A stretch of DNA of 64,000 bases from Octopus vulgaris (GCA_951406725.2 OX597825.1:33666001-33730000); one strand, 5' to 3'. Shown: positions 42,301-56,331, numbered from the stretch's first letter. Notes: generated by a model from the sequence alone, not told the origin. Numbers and translations: made by a program.

Positions 42301-42886
42301 TGTTGGTTTCGAAAGGTCTTATTGATATATATTCTAATATATATCGTATCTACGTGTGCGTATGTGCATATGCATACACGAATATATTATTCCGTGTTTA
42401 AGTGTGTCAGTCTGCATGAGTGTACATGTGTGTATCTGCACAGTCGTATGCAAAAGGTAGAGCCACATATACATCTATTTTTTAATGGGCGTGTATGCAC
42501 CTAAATTAAAATATTATTTAAAGGTATGATTTTGGAACATTGCTATTTCATGACTTCACTTCCAATGGAGTTTATGACGTTTATAATAATATTTACTACG
42601 AAAAACCAAAAAAGAAAATCAAAAGTGTGAGCTTGAAGCAACCGTTTTTGCGTGTGTTCTTCACAATGGCTTTCAAAAAAAAAACAAAAAACATAAATTT
42701 TCATATAATGTTAAAAAAATATTCAGATAGTGGATATTTCTAAAGAAAACAAGGTTCAATTTACCAGCTGATGATCGGAACCGAGTCACTCTGAGTATTG
42801 GAATTTGGAACCTTCAGTTATAATCTATTAAAATATACTCTACATTTGTACTGAACACTGTAATTTATCACTTCTGGTCAATCAAC

Positions 42887-42917
<31 letters not shown>

Positions 42918-43417
42918 AAAGTAAAAAAATATACAAACTGGGACAAGAACGTAATCTTTATAAGAAATTATCATATATAAACTTAGATAAACTTAGATAT
43001 GTTTCGACCAAAGATTGGTCCAGTATATATGTATGAATGTATGTATGTATGTATGTATGTATGTATGTATGTATGTATGTATGTATGTATGTATGTAGAT
43101 CTTTAGCTGGGCTAAAAAGTCACATTGGATCACAGCACCAGTAACAGTTAAGCTTCGTGCAATGGCCATACTCGATAACGAGGGCGCAGCCATAATAATA
43201 ATAATGTATGTATGTATGTATATATATGCACGTGTGTGTGTGGGTGTGTGTGTGGGTGTGTGTAAAGGAAATAAACAATTATGTTATGAGCAATATTAGC
43301 TAACATCTGTTTCTGCTGAAACATCAAGCACTCATGTATGGGTGTCAGCTAATGAAGATCATAACATAATTGTTCATTGTTCATTTCTTTCGTCATCCAA
43401 ATTTATATATATCTCTC

Positions 43418-43824
43418 ACTTTTACTCTTTTACTTGTTTCAGTCATTTGACTGCGGCCATGCTGGAGCACCGCCTTTAATCGAGCAACTCGACCCCGAGA
43501 CTTATTCTTTTGTAAGCCCAGTACTTATTCTATCGGTCTCTTTTGCCGAACCGCTAAGTTACGGGGACATAAACACGCCAGCATCGGTTGTCAAGCAATG
43601 CTAGGGGGACAACCACAGACACACAAACACACACACATATATATATATATATACATATATACGACAGGCTTCTTTCAGTTTCCGTCTACCAAATCCACTC
43701 ACAAGGCTTTGGTCGGCCCGAGGCTATAGTAGAAGACACTTGCCCAAAGTGCCACGCAGTGGGAATGAACCTGGAGCCATGTGGTTGGTAAACAAGCTAC
43801 TTACCACACAGCCACTCCTGCGCC
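43418..43824 (-). mobile_element. SINE family A, full-length
   Basis: Reverse complement of the 30233 and 56332 copies. Confidence 0.9.
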
Positions 43825-43828
43825 TATG

Positions 43829-43864
<36 letters not shown>

Positions 43865-44307
43865 TATACGAGCAAAACGCACCCCGTCCAATGGACGGTG
43901 CTGTGTTGTCAAACATTTAAACCAAATTTTCTTAAGACAACTTGTTCCACAGTGCCATAGGCCTCCCCTTTGAGAAACACTGTTTTAACCTAAATTTGAG
44001 ACACCAGCAAAAGAAGAAATAAAGATAGACTTTTTTATTCCAAAGAAAAACGATTTTATTCACACAAATATGCAACCGCAGAGTTTAAAGTACCAGTAAG
44101 TACATCGCAACAGCTGATGTACTTGCGCGTACAAATGCACGTTCCCACGGCTTTATCGATCGCATTCTCACCTTGAATCGATTTTTGTAACTTTTTCAAG
44201 ACTTATATACGCCCTGATACCGTCGGTATCTACATATAAAATTTCAGCGCAATCGGATGGAGGATACCCGAGATCCTGGAAGACACACACACAGACAGAA
44301 CGGATTT

Positions 44308-44338
<31 letters not shown>

Positions 44339-44504
44339 GGAGGTATTGGTATCTAGAAGACCCAAGATGGCAGGTAAGGCTATGTAGATGCTACGGCAGG
44401 AGCGTAGTTAGACTCTCTTATGTGAATATGTTGATTAATTAATAAATTAATTTGTATCCATTAGATCTCTGTTTTCTAACTCGATAATATATGTATGTGT
44501 ATAT

Positions 44505-44559
<55 letters not shown>

Positions 44560-45030
44560 TTGTCAGTATCTCGATGTAGCCACAGCGGCTGTTTTTCATT
44601 CACTTACCATCCGTTATTTATAATTAATCTTTTATATAAAAACGAAGCTGTAATCCCTTAAATGCTGCTTTTCTATACCCAAACCGAGAAGATATCTTGC
44701 GGAACAGTCATTATTTTAATAAGACACATCTTGTAATCATCCGAAGAGACACATCTACACCGACGGATACACCTAAGCCAGTTGTTAAGTATCTCACTCG
44801 TGAGGGATCAATGCTATATGGGTTGAAACAATTGTAGTGATTAATAAGCATTGTCATATCTTCCATCTTCCTTCTCTCTCATTAACCAAATATAAATAAA
44901 TATATATATATATATATACACATTTATGCGTGCGTGCGCGTGTATGTGTTTGTGTACATTTGAACGTGAAAACTATGTGTGTGTGCTCGTGCACTTCAAT
45001 AAATGTGTCTGCTTGTATATATATATATAA

Positions 45031-45122
<92 letters not shown>

Positions 45123-45301
45123 TATACATATATATACATATATATATATATATACATATAATGTTAATCTGTGTATCGAGTGTGGCCGAATCAATCAATG
45201 TATGAGAGAAGTAGTATGACTGAAATCAGATATGGAATAGATTTTGAATTCAGCTTCAATTTTTATGAAATTTCCAAACTGGAATTTTATAATCATATAT
45301 A

Positions 45302-46576
45302 GAGGGTGCGATGGGTATGTTATCAGCATTTATATTTTTAATTTCGCGGATTGTTTGCTTTTGATTTTGTCGACTACACAATATAGTAAGGTCAGTTGGG
45401 CATCATCTGTGAGAAAAACAGCACCACGACACAATTAATTCTGCTAGAAATTTGGAAACGGCATGCTGTACTGCTTGGCATTCGTGCCGGAAACTCCAAT
45501 ACGAACAAATGGTAAACACTCAGAATAAGCGTCAGCTTGTCGTGTCCTCAAAACATGTACAGTGAGTGATAAAAATCAAACATCCAGTCATGATGCTTGG
45601 AGTGATCACTTGTGATGGTGACGTTATACCTCTACTTATCTTCCCACGCGGCCTCAGACTCAACACGGATCCCTCCAAGTCAATCAGGTCCGTCGCCAAG
45701 GACATAGGAGTGTCTGAGTTTCTTATCAGACATTCGGTATTCCTCATACAAGATGAGAAAAGGCTAATTTTTATACCAAGTCATCAAGGACAAGAAGAAA
45801 GACCACGCTACGAAGTTTTTGAACAAACTCAAGCACACACCCCTCCCAACCGAATATTCTTTGATTTTTCTTAGGCGAGAAACATTTCTGCCAGGATCAG
45901 ATGGTGAACACACCGAACAACCGTTGGCTTTCCGTGTCCCCAAAACATATATCGAGAGTGATAAAAATCAAACATTCAGTCAACATCATGGTGTTTGGAA
46001 TGATCACTAGCGATGGCGACGTTATTATGCTTCCATTCATCTTGTCACACAGCCTCAGACTAAACACGGAGGCCTGTATCAAGTGCCTGGAAGATGTAGT
46101 GCTGCCTTGGGTCAAGAGGTGACTGCTGGAAGACCCTGTCTGGCAACAGGACACTGTACCATGCCACATAAGCAGGAGGACCCAGTCATAGCTGTCAGAC
46201 AATTTCTGTGACCATATCACCCCAAACATTTGGCCACCTAACTGCCCAGACTGCAACCCCCTTAATTATTACGCGTGGGGCACAGTTGAGCGAAAGAATA
46301 ACAAAACTCTTTGTAACACCAAAGATGAGGTGAAGGCAAGGATTATGGCAGCATTTACCAACTTAAACAAAGAGACTGTCCAGAAGAGTTGCAAGAGATT
46401 CTCTGGTCGTCTGGAGGCCGTGGTTGAAGTCAGTGGCGATTTTATTGAAAAAATCTATTCTTTAGTATTTCAAGATATCTTTATGCAATTTTGGTAAAAT
46501 ATATCTGTTAAAATGAGTTGTCAGTGTTATTTTTATTTTTGCGTAATTTAAACGACAGTTTATTCACTGCACCCTG
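45302..46576 (+). mobile_element. Tc1/mariner DD37D (maT-like) transposon, decayed, with internal duplication
   Basis: VMVFGMITSDG and WQQD-37 residues-(N for D) in WPPNCPDCNPLNY; ends TA|gagggtgc and gcaccctg|TA; 45540-45670 repeats 45933-46070. Confidence 0.85.
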
Positions 46577-46680
46577 TATATGTGTGTGTATGTGCGAGCG
46601 TGTGTATACATATATATACATATATATGGATTTATATAAACACACACAAACACACACACACACACACACAGACACACACA

Positions 46681-46738
<58 letters not shown>

Positions 46739-46842
46739 CACGCATATAAACTAGATGTCGCTCAATCAAGAGTTGCCGATAACCTACCTCGCAACAGGAA
46801 ATGCAAATGAGGGCGGCGGCGGCAGCATCAAACACCCTCATT

Positions 46843-47447
46843 TATTTCTTTGTTGCCCACATGGGGCTAAACATAGAGCGGACAAACAAGGACAGACAAA
46901 GGGATTGAGTCGATTACATCGACCCCAGTGCGTAACTAGTACTATTTAATCGACCCCGAAAGGATGAAAGGCAAAGTCGACCTCGGCGGAATTTGAACTC
47001 AGAACGTAACGTCAGACGAAATACCTATTTCTTTACTACCCACAAGGAGCTACACACAGAAGGGACAAACAAAGACAGGCAAAGAGATTAAGTCGATTAT
47101 ATCGACACCAGTGCGTAACTGGTACTTAATTTATCGACCCCGAAAGGATGACAGGCAAAGTCGACCTCGGCGGAATTTGAACTCAGACAGTAGCGGCAGA
47201 CGAAATACCTATTTCTATTTCTTTACTACCCACAAGGGGCTAAACACAGAGAGGACAAACAAGGACAGACAAACGGATCAAGTCGATTATATCGACCCCA
47301 GTGCATAACAGGTACTTATTTAATCGACCCTGAAAGGATGAAAGGCAAATCAACCTTGGCGGAATTTGAACTCAGAACGTAACGGCAGACGAAATATCGC
47401 TAAGCATTTCGCTCGGCGTGCTAACATTTCTGGCAGCTCACCGCCTT
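46843..47447 (-). mobile_element. SINE family B trimer inside one 12-bp TSD
   Basis: Three ~185-bp units; TSD aacaccctcatt at 46831-46842 and 47448-47459. Confidence 0.9.
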
Positions 47448-47575
47448 AACACCCTCATTCCCTAAATTGTACATATTAGTGGATTATTGAAGTGATGAAA
47501 GGGTAAGTATAAGCGTAAAAGAGCATATATACATACATACATATACATATATATATGCACACACACACACACACA

Positions 47576-47656
<81 letters not shown>

Positions 47657-49849
47657 GTATATATATATGGCGAACACTTCAATATGGCTGACTGTATGAA
47701 GTATATGTTTTCTGAAAAACACCGTTATATAACGGTTATTTAGAACTAATATGTGTATCTTGGTACACCATACGTATCCTTAAAAATTACTAATCTCTCC
47801 CTATGGTGCAGCAAATAAATTTATAGGTTTTTGCTACTCACGCATATACATCTTCACACATATAAACAGGTACATTCATGCACGTGCATGTATGTGTGTG
47901 TGTGCGCGCGCGCGAACTGGATCCATAGGACCATTTTATACCTTCTCCAATGGACACTTTTCTTTTGCGCAACCAATATTGTTTTTAACCTTTTAATATA
48001 AAAACCAGCATGAATATATATCTAACAACCATGATATACCATAAACACATTAATAACAATCAATCGGTTAGAAGTGTTGCATTCCCTTTTCTATTGGTCA
48101 CGTGGTATGACGCATGCGTACAGATTATTGTACGTTCGGGGTGTCTTGTCTTCGTCTGCCTTTTTATGTCTTTCTTTCACAGGCACGCCACATACAGACA
48201 TCCTAGTACACATGTGTGGCTGTGTGTGCAGTTGTGTTTGGTTTGTGTGTGTGTGTGCATGCACTTCTTGAAATTTACTTATCTTGTGTTACGGAATAGT
48301 TTGGCAACCATAAACAAAGTTCATAAATCTCGCGAGAAATTACAAGACGTGTGTATACAGGAGTGTATTATGAGTTGTTATCTCTTCGTTTAACTGTCAA
48401 ATAATGTCGAGGAATTGTCGTAAAAATAATAGATGATGAGAACTGTTTAAGAAAGTTATGCAAAATTTACGGCCCGTTGAACTGTCTGAATGACATGTCT
48501 AGCGAAAATTACCCTGAATCTTTTTAGTAACGCAGCCTGGTTCTCGAATAAGATTGCCCATGCCTGGTCTAAAAGACATATGTTCGGTGTTTTCTGCGAT
48601 TTAAGATCACTTATCATGGTTTCTTTTGCGTACAAGGTTCAAGACAACTTTCCAGCGTTTTAAACAAATTTTGCCTACAAGAGCCGCAGCTCCAGCTCAG
48701 CCTTTTTTGAGTGAAATTTGGTAGAAGGAAACTGCAGAAATCCATCATTCAAAAAAAAAAAAAAAAAAAAGAGGAAACTCTAAGACTCTGAAATTTTGGG
48801 GACAAAGCATTTTGGTTGACCGAAGGCACGTAAATAACACTGTGTAACACGATTTTTGTCCCTAGGTCGCAAATTTTCTATTTCCTTACCCCTAGAAAGT
48901 ATGAAAATGGCTAATATTTCTTTCAAACTTCGCTTTTGTGATATTTATTCAAACCTCAACGAATTCCTTTCAACACATGGCTCCCCATTACTCTTGCTCG
49001 TGATCAGAGATGCACATATTGCCAGCCATTAAGAAACATGCTCAAATGGTTATGGTCAAACAACTGACAAGCAAATCTGTGGTATTGGGCAGAACGTTTG
49101 CTATAACGATGTTTCTGAAAGCCAGCAACTCAGCGCTGAACCTTGCCTTTAATGTAATGGAAAATAGAACAGTTTAAAAACATTGATGTTCAGGTCACAA
49201 AAGCAAAGTTTGAAGGGAATAGCAGTCATTTCCTTTGATTCCTAAATAGAAGCAAATAGGAAATAACACTGACCAAAGACAAAAAAAAAAAAAGAAAAAG
49301 AAAAATATTAAAAATTTTGTTACACAGTGTAATTGATTAGACATAACTCTAGAGAAACGCCGGATGGACTGGACGACTATCAGACCAGATGAGTAACACA
49401 GCACTCAATAGTAAAGGGAGAATGTTATTTCTGATTATCAAACAACTGGCTCTTCACAGCTGGTTATTCCTATTGTGCGTTTCTGATTATTATATTGGAT
49501 ATGAAGTGCAATCTTATATAGACTGATGAAAAGAAAGATGAAATTCAAATAACCAGATGTTAGGGGCCTTGTTATAAATCATAGGTGTGTGTGTGTCTTT
49601 TTTTTGTTTTTGTTCTTTAGTTTCTTTTCGCCATCACAGCGAAAGCCAAACAAGAGCACCGCTTTTAAATTCAACAATTTTGATGCTAATCTGCAATATA
49701 TCAATTTAACATCAAGTGCATTGATCCTCTACCCACTTCACGGAGGAGTCAATGTTCCAGATGTTCGATAAATCATAGCAATTCACTCATTGAATTTGGG
49801 TGTTAGTGAATGAGCGAGTACCGAATTTTTTAAAGACCCAGAAGAAATA

Positions 49850-50680
49850 ATTGTTTCAAATGTTGGCACAAGGCCAGACATTTTAAGGAAAGGAGTAAAT
49901 CGATTACATCGGATTCAGTGTTCAACTGATACTTATTTTATCGATCCCGAAAGGATGAAAGCTGAAGTTGACCGCAATAGTATTTGAACACAGAACGTAG
50001 GGTCGCTAAGCATGATAATAATTCTGCCAGCTCGTCACCTTACAAAGAACAATGGTCTTAAATTTTGGCACAGGGCCAGCAGTTTTTAATGGAAGAGGAA
50101 AGTTGATAAAATTAATCCCAGTACTGGATTGGTGCTTATTTTACCGACTCCGAAAAGATAAAAGACTAAGTCTGCCTCGGCGGAATTTTAGTTCGGAACG
50201 TAAAGAAAGACGTAATACCGCTAAGCATTTTGTCCGGAGTGCTAACGATTCTGCCGGTTCGTCGTCTTACACAAAACGAATAATCCTTTCTAGTATAGGC
50301 ACAAGGCTTGAAATTTGGGTGTGAGGAGGGGCCAGTTAATTATATCGACCCAGTTCTCGATTGGTACTTATTTTATCGACCTCGAACGGATGAAAGGCAA
50401 GCCGACCTCTGCGGAATTTAAACTCTAAACGTAAAGTCGAACGAAATGTCGCTAAGAATTTTGCCTGACATGCTAACGACTCTTATTTCCTTATTGCCCA
50501 CAAGGGGCTAAACATAGAGCGGACAAACAAGGACAGACAAACGGATTAAGTCGATTACATCGATCCCAGTGTGTAACTGGTACTCGACCTCGGCGGAATT
50601 TGAACTCAGAACGTAACGGCAGACGAAATACTGCTAAGTATTTCGCCCGCCGTGCTAACGATTCTGCCAACTCGTCGCTT
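49850..50680 (-). mobile_element. array of about four SINE family B copies
   Basis: Repeated atcgac.ccgaaaggatgaaaggcaaag...cggcggaatttgaac...ctgccagctcgtcgcc. Confidence 0.85.
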
Positions 50681-50874
50681 TACACAGGACAAATAATAAA
50701 AAATAAAATACGATATGAATATTTATATAGAAACATATTTAAAAATATTGTGTTTTTTTAACGAACATGAAAGAGTAAAAATGTCTACATTTTAACAAAT
50801 ATTTTGATGCTTTTTTTATGAGGTTCACGTTGTCGTTTTTATTATTGTGATGTCATTTAAAGCTGCAACTTGTG

Positions 50875-51039
50875 TCAAGAGAAAGACCATTCTTCTTTGC
50901 ATAAACCTTCTTTGCATGCTTGGCACAGATCTGTATTGTGCTGATTCCTAGGTTTGCCGGCACGACGGTCAATTCGAAGCGGAGGACGAACAAACCCGTA
51001 ATGCAGTTGACCAATTCGATTGTACACGTTTCCGATTAC
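50875..51039 (-). CDS. zf-3CxxC / RTP-like gene, terminal exon (VIGNVYNRIGQLHYGFVRPPLRIDRRAGKPRNQHNTDLCQACKEGLCKEEWSFS*)
   Basis: tttctttttag|GTA ATC GGA...TTC TCT TGA; phase 0 matches the previous donor. It contains the H....C.AC..G.C motif that closes the 3CxxC domain. A minus-strand AATAAA at 50843-50838 is a candidate polyA signal. Confidence 0.9.
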   Translation of the reverse strand, partial: VIGNVYNRIGQLHYGFVRPPLRIDRRAGKPRNQHNTDLCQACKEGLCKEEWSFS

Positions 51040-51149
51040 CTAAAAAGAAAATTTTTTAAAATCAACAACATGATAAGTATGTATGTATGTATGTATGTAT
51101 GTATGTATGTATGTATGTATGTATGTATATAAATATATGTATATATATA

Positions 51150-51425
51150 TAAAGAGAAAGGGAGAAAGAGACCCCTTCAGTTACGAATGACCATGGGATT
51201 GCACCGAGGAACAAGTCCGGTAAGGTTGTTTGTGGAAGACCAGTAGTAGCCCATGCATACCAGTCTCCCCTCTCCACACCACCGATGTTGTCCAAGGGAA
51301 AACCTGATACGTCGCAACTCATTTCTACAGCTTAGTGAACTGGAGAAACGTGAAATAAAGTGTCTTGCTCAAGTACACAACACACAGCCCGGTCCAGGAA
51401 TCAAACTCACTATCTCACGATTGAA
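51150..51425 (-). mobile_element. SINE with CORE-like body and distinct tail
   Basis: ctggagaaacgtgaaataaagtgtcttgctcaagtacacaacac is shared with 12640-12690. Confidence 0.7.
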
Positions 51426-51899
51426 GCTCAAACTGCCGTGTCATATCTTTTCTCAGTTCGAGCTATTTTTCTGTTAGTTCCAGGCGGGTTCCATAATCTA
51501 GTGTGTGCATATCTCTTATGACGAATGAAGTATATATGAGATTCTTCGCATTCTTCTAGCCATCGTCTTCACAACTAAATACATGATGACCGTTGACTCA
51601 CGTTAGTGAACCCATTGATGATAATACTGAACAAAAACTGACTTAAAAGTTAGATACCACACTGAAGCGATTCAGCAAAGATCGATATATGTGTATGTAA
51701 GTGGAATGTTATGAAAAATATAAACTTAAATTGAATACCATTACGGCTGAATTTTCAATCATTATTGATAGTTATGAAGTCACGAAGAATGAAATAACTT
51801 TAAACTATCAAAAGAAAAAAAGGAAAGGCAGTTGAGCTAGTAAAAAAAGACAATCTAATATGGAAAAATTCACCGATCCAATAATAGAGAGTTGAAATA

Positions 51900-52116
51900 T
51901 TGTTTTTAAAGTTTGGCACAAGGCCCGAAACTTCGGGGTAGAGGGCAAGTCGTATACATCGACCCCAGTGCTCAATGTATACTTATTTTATCGACCCCGA
52001 AACGATGAAAGGCAAAGTCGACCTTAGCGGAATTTGAACTTTGAACATAAACTCAGACGAAATGTCGCTAAGCGTTTTTGTTCGGCGTGCTAATGATTCT
52101 GCCAGCTTGTCGCCTC
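51900..52116 (-). mobile_element. SINE family B
   Basis: Same core as 46843-47447. Confidence 0.85.
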
Positions 52117-52165
52117 AAGACAGACGAAATATTATTTACCATATTCGATGGAGATATGTTTTTAT

Positions 52166-52202
<37 letters not shown>

Positions 52203-52496
52203 GTGGTGGTGATAGCTGTGGTAGTGATAATAGTTGTTGTGGTGGTGATGATGTGATGGTGATGGTGGTAATGACATTGATGGTGGTAGTCTCGTAGTTC
52301 TATAATCAAAGCCATGCCATTTTGAGGGTTTCTACAGAGTCACGTTAACTAATGCAGGCATGGGCAAGGTTATTCGAGAAGCGGCCCGCATGAGACATAG
52401 CTCATCAGCAGGCGGGCCCTACTCCTAAAAATAATGCCAAGTAATTTTTAGCTAGACGTGCCATGCAGGAAATCCCATGGATTGCCTTTTGTCCAT

Positions 52497-52758
52497 ACGA
52501 TAAACGTCGCCCTTTTCAAGCCTTGCCAGGCTCATGGGCCCAGTCCATCGCAGCGTTACTCAAGAAACAGGAAGAGAGAGTGAGAGAAAGTTGGTGGCGA
52601 AAGAGTACAACAGGGGTCACCACCAACCCCTGCCGGAGCTTCGTGGAGCTTTTAGGTGTTTTCGCTCAATAAACTCACAACGCTCGGTCTCGTAATCGAA
52701 ACCGCTATCCTCCGACCGCGAGTCCGCTGCCCTAACCACTGGGCCATTCCGCCTCCAC
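52497..52758 (-). mobile_element. tRNA-derived SINE with 12-bp TSD
   Basis: TSD ccttttgtccat at 52485-52496 and 52759-52770; tRNA-like head gtggaggcggaatggcccagtggttagggcagcggac. Confidence 0.85.
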
Positions 52759-53599
52759 CCTTTTGTCCATGACTCGTTATATGTCACTTCTTTTCTGAAG
52801 ACTTCTAGAGTATGATTGTGGCTGTTGTTGTTTAACTCCAGTCAGATTTTTTATGCCATACCAGGTCTTATTTTTCTTTCCTCAGAGAATTTTAATATTT
52901 TACAAGTGAAATATATCAACCGTCTTAACTAGCTACATACGACATTATAGAGAAGAAAATTAAGTCTACAAGTCAATGAGTCAAATATGTTACGTTAGCA
53001 ATATTAACTATGCTATAATATTTCTATGCATGTGTGTGTGTGTGTGACGTGCAAAGACTGCTAAGAGATAGAAATCATTAATTAACAACTCCTTAACCGC
53101 TGTTGGAAGCTATTTTTGTCTACACGAGAAGCTTTCTCAAGACGTATACAGCAGTTTTGTAGCTTTCGATAGTATTTCCACGTTAAGTAAGATATATATA
53201 ATGCTGTTCTGAACCAATACTGCTTCTGTTGCTAATAACAAATTTCTACTCAGCCCGCAAACTATCTTCAAAACCAGTGATTTGTTAATTATTGTTTTCC
53301 TGTTTTAGTAAAAGCAAAATTTGTCTGAGCATCTGGTTGATAGTGTATACTTGCTACTGATGACGAGCAAAGACACTGGGTTTGGCAATACTATCACCAT
53401 GCTGAATGCCTTTCGTTTGTTATTGATACACTTCTATGCTTTTTAGCACTATACGTCTATATGAGATGCTTTCTCAATACCGCAATTTCGTGGCTTTTGA
53501 TAGAATATCCATGTTAAGTAAGATGTACAGAATGATATTTAGTTTTGTATATTAGTTAATATAAGCAAATTAGTAATGTTAGTATATATTAGTTAACAT

Positions 53600-55140
53600 A
53601 TTCACAAATACACACACAGAGGAATATAGACGTGCAGTATAAAGAAAGAAAAAATAAAGATGCACTTGAAGTCTTTAAAAATATTTATTTACATTTACTT
53701 AACCGCTTTACAATTCCATCATACTGGAAATACTGTAAATGAAAGGACCGAGAACAATGCCGTATTGTCTCGAGTTTGACTGGAATTAAAACATTTACTC
53801 CTTTTATAGAGAAATTCTGGCTTAAACTGCCATGCTAGAATTTTGGTGATTTGTTTGTTGCACGTAAATCTTAATGTTCACTTAGCAGAATCTGTCCCGG
53901 TATTAGAATTTCGTATTTACTGCCTATGAATACCCAGTCTGTTTCTTACGGCAAGCTTCTTTTACCTTGTGTAATCTTCATTACAGCTGTTACATTTAGT
54001 AGAATAAATTAAGATTTTTGATGCACAAATGAAGTGATTTTTTTTATGCAGTGAAATATGTTCTGATGTGAATTCATAAGATATGTTTTCTATAATGTTG
54101 ATGCAAATTCTGCAGTCACACTGACCGCATTTTTTTTAGTATAGGTCTTGTGTTAGCAGTGGATAATTTGGCGTTGGTAAGTAATACATTTAGGAATTTA
54201 GGTTGTTTTTTGCTTTTGATTATTTTGTGTATTTCGGGTGCTTGTTTCATTCTTAGATCTTGCATTGAATGTTTCTGTTTTCTTGGGTTATCTGTTGTGA
54301 TGTATTACAGAATATTTGGCGCATTATTTTTGTAATATGTGATTCTTAAACTTCTTTTGCTTTGTCACGTTCTATTACGTTAATAAATTTTGTTGAAGAC
54401 TGTCTTTCAAGTAGAATTTGGTTTAATTCTTGGAGTCTTGTATTTTGAGTTTCAAAATTCGAAATGAATGAATATATTCTTTGTGATAGATTAAACAGTT
54501 ACATTCGTTTCCGTATGTTTTGCATCGCAAGAATTTAATAATAAGCCTTTTTTAGAGTCTGTCGGTTTCAATATTTATATACTTTGTTATTTGTAAGATA
54601 TCCAGGAAGGATAGCCGATTTGTATTCCATAGTGTTTATTATTCCCGTTGTTTATTAATCAAAATTATGAAATCAATAAGTTGGTCAAAACCAGAATGAA
54701 GTAGTCATCCAAGTTATCTCTCCAATTCTTTTAATAGATAATTTGTAGAAGTTGATGTTGCACTTCAGTCTGGACTGTTCGCATATTTGGATTCCTGCGG
54801 ATGCCATGACCAAATTGGTGTACGTTGGGGCAACCACCATTCCCATTGCAGTTCGAGGTATTTGTTCGTAACTATTGTCACTAAAGTTGAAAAGATTATT
54901 TTGTGTGATAAATTTAATTCCTGCAGTAATTTATTTTTATCTATTCGCTCCGGTATTTCGTTGAGGAATATTTCAAGACAGAATTGTATGGCTTTTGCAT
55001 GGATAGTAGGATAGAGATTTACTTTATTATATATGTGAGACGGTTTACATGTTTTCTGAGAGGTGGTTTAACAGGCCCCAGTCACAGCTTACAACGCTTG
55101 GTATGTAATTTAGAGTAGGCTTCAGCAATATGTCTGCTAT
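53600..55140 (-). mobile_element. degraded Penelope-like RT/GIY-YIG element in an RTP intron
   Basis: FNFSDNSYEQIPRTAMGMVVAPTYTNLVM (Q..GTAMG..AP.YANL), LDD and RLSFLDI. Confidence 0.8.
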
Positions 55141-55148
55141 GTTACTAA

Positions 55149-55217
<69 letters not shown>

Positions 55218-55222
<5 letters not shown>

Positions 55223-55412
55223 AGAATTTACAAAAAAACAACAAAAGACGAAGACGGGTATGTAATCAACAAACAGATGTATTAGTATTAACGCTCGGGA
55301 AGTGAGAAAGTCTTTTACGTTTCGAGCCTACGCTCTTCGACAGAAAGGATCACAGAAATAAACAGGGAGAGAAAATAGAAAACGGCATAGTGGCTAGCGA
55401 TCTATCATGGCG
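55218..55412 (-). mobile_element. Penelope tail fragment with hammerhead-like motif
   Basis: Near-identical to the reverse complement of 10310-10490; motif at 55312-55347. Confidence 0.85.
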
Positions 55413-55413
55413 A

Positions 55414-55452
<39 letters not shown>

Positions 55453-55541
55453 CAGAGTGAGAATAGAAAGTGGAGACAGACAGGCCGAGACGAAAACAGA
55501 AGCAGAGACAAATGGCAATAATGGAAAGTTGATTCACTCAC

Positions 55542-55712
55542 TTTTACAACTTCTTCAGGGTACCACATTGCTGGTTCATAACAACCATTTTTACATCGCA
55601 TGCATTGTTGGCCATATAATTTAAACATCACATAACCAGAACTAGTTGCGAAATTCAAATGAAACCAAAATATAACTCTGCCTTTCATCGAAGTCCAACC
55701 ATGACCACATTG
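55542..55712 (-). CDS. zf-3CxxC / RTP-like gene, middle exon (QCGHGWTSMKGRVIFWFHLNFATSSGYVMFKLYGQQCMRCKNGCYEPAMWYPEEVVK)
   Basis: tgttatag|CAA TGT GGT...GTT GTA AAA|gtgagt; 171 nt, 57 codons, phase 0 at both ends. It completes the CQ|QC motif and carries WTS and LYGQQCxxC, matching RTP C..C...W.S and LFGQ.C..C. Confidence 0.92.
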
Positions 55713-56331
55713 CTATAACAAATATAAGAAAAAATAATACCTAGGAATTACTGAACTAGTCATAAGTTAAGGAAAAGAAGAAACATTGTAAATGTGTTGC
55801 TTTAATACTTTAAATAAAAATTTATGCAAATAAGTAACGGGTATCAAGATTTTATCTATCCTAGTAATAAAGTATAGCTATATTATTCTCTACTGGAAGC
55901 TAAATGAATTAGCAGGACAAGAAAGCAAAAGAAGGAAAATAATGACTGTAGAAATAGTATATTTATCATAAATACAAAGAGAGTAGCGTCCTTATGCAAC
56001 TATAAAACTATTAATTGCAAGGCTATTAAAAAAAACTTGCAATGAGTAAATGGCTATAAAAAAAAACTTGCAATGAATACAAGATATAAAACACGAACAA
56101 AATTAAAAACGAAAACGTCTTCAAGGACGGTAACAAATGTAGAGAGGATAATAGAGAAATAAACAGAAATCATTTAAAAAAGAAAAACTAAACATTGAGC
56201 TGATAATGAAATTATTGTAAGGTATGCCATATATACTTGTATACATTATATATGTATATATATGCTTATATAAAAGTATATATATATATATATTTACTAT
56301 AAATATTATATGCATGTATTGATATACACAT

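Noticed and set aside
46843-47447. CRISPR-like or satellite reading of the repeated units
   Set aside because: Units are ~185-bp SINE bodies with no unique spacers, there are no cas genes, and the context is eukaryotic.
48553-52350. hAT element bounded by CAGGCATGGGCAA ends
   Set aside because: The two ends face outward, so they belong to separate remnants.
55350-55541. C-terminal hydrophobic half of the 112-aa ORF as an RTP transmembrane tail
   Set aside because: It is read-through past the gtgagt donor into (TC)n/(TA)n and Penelope sequence; the domain is completed by the exon at 51039-50875.
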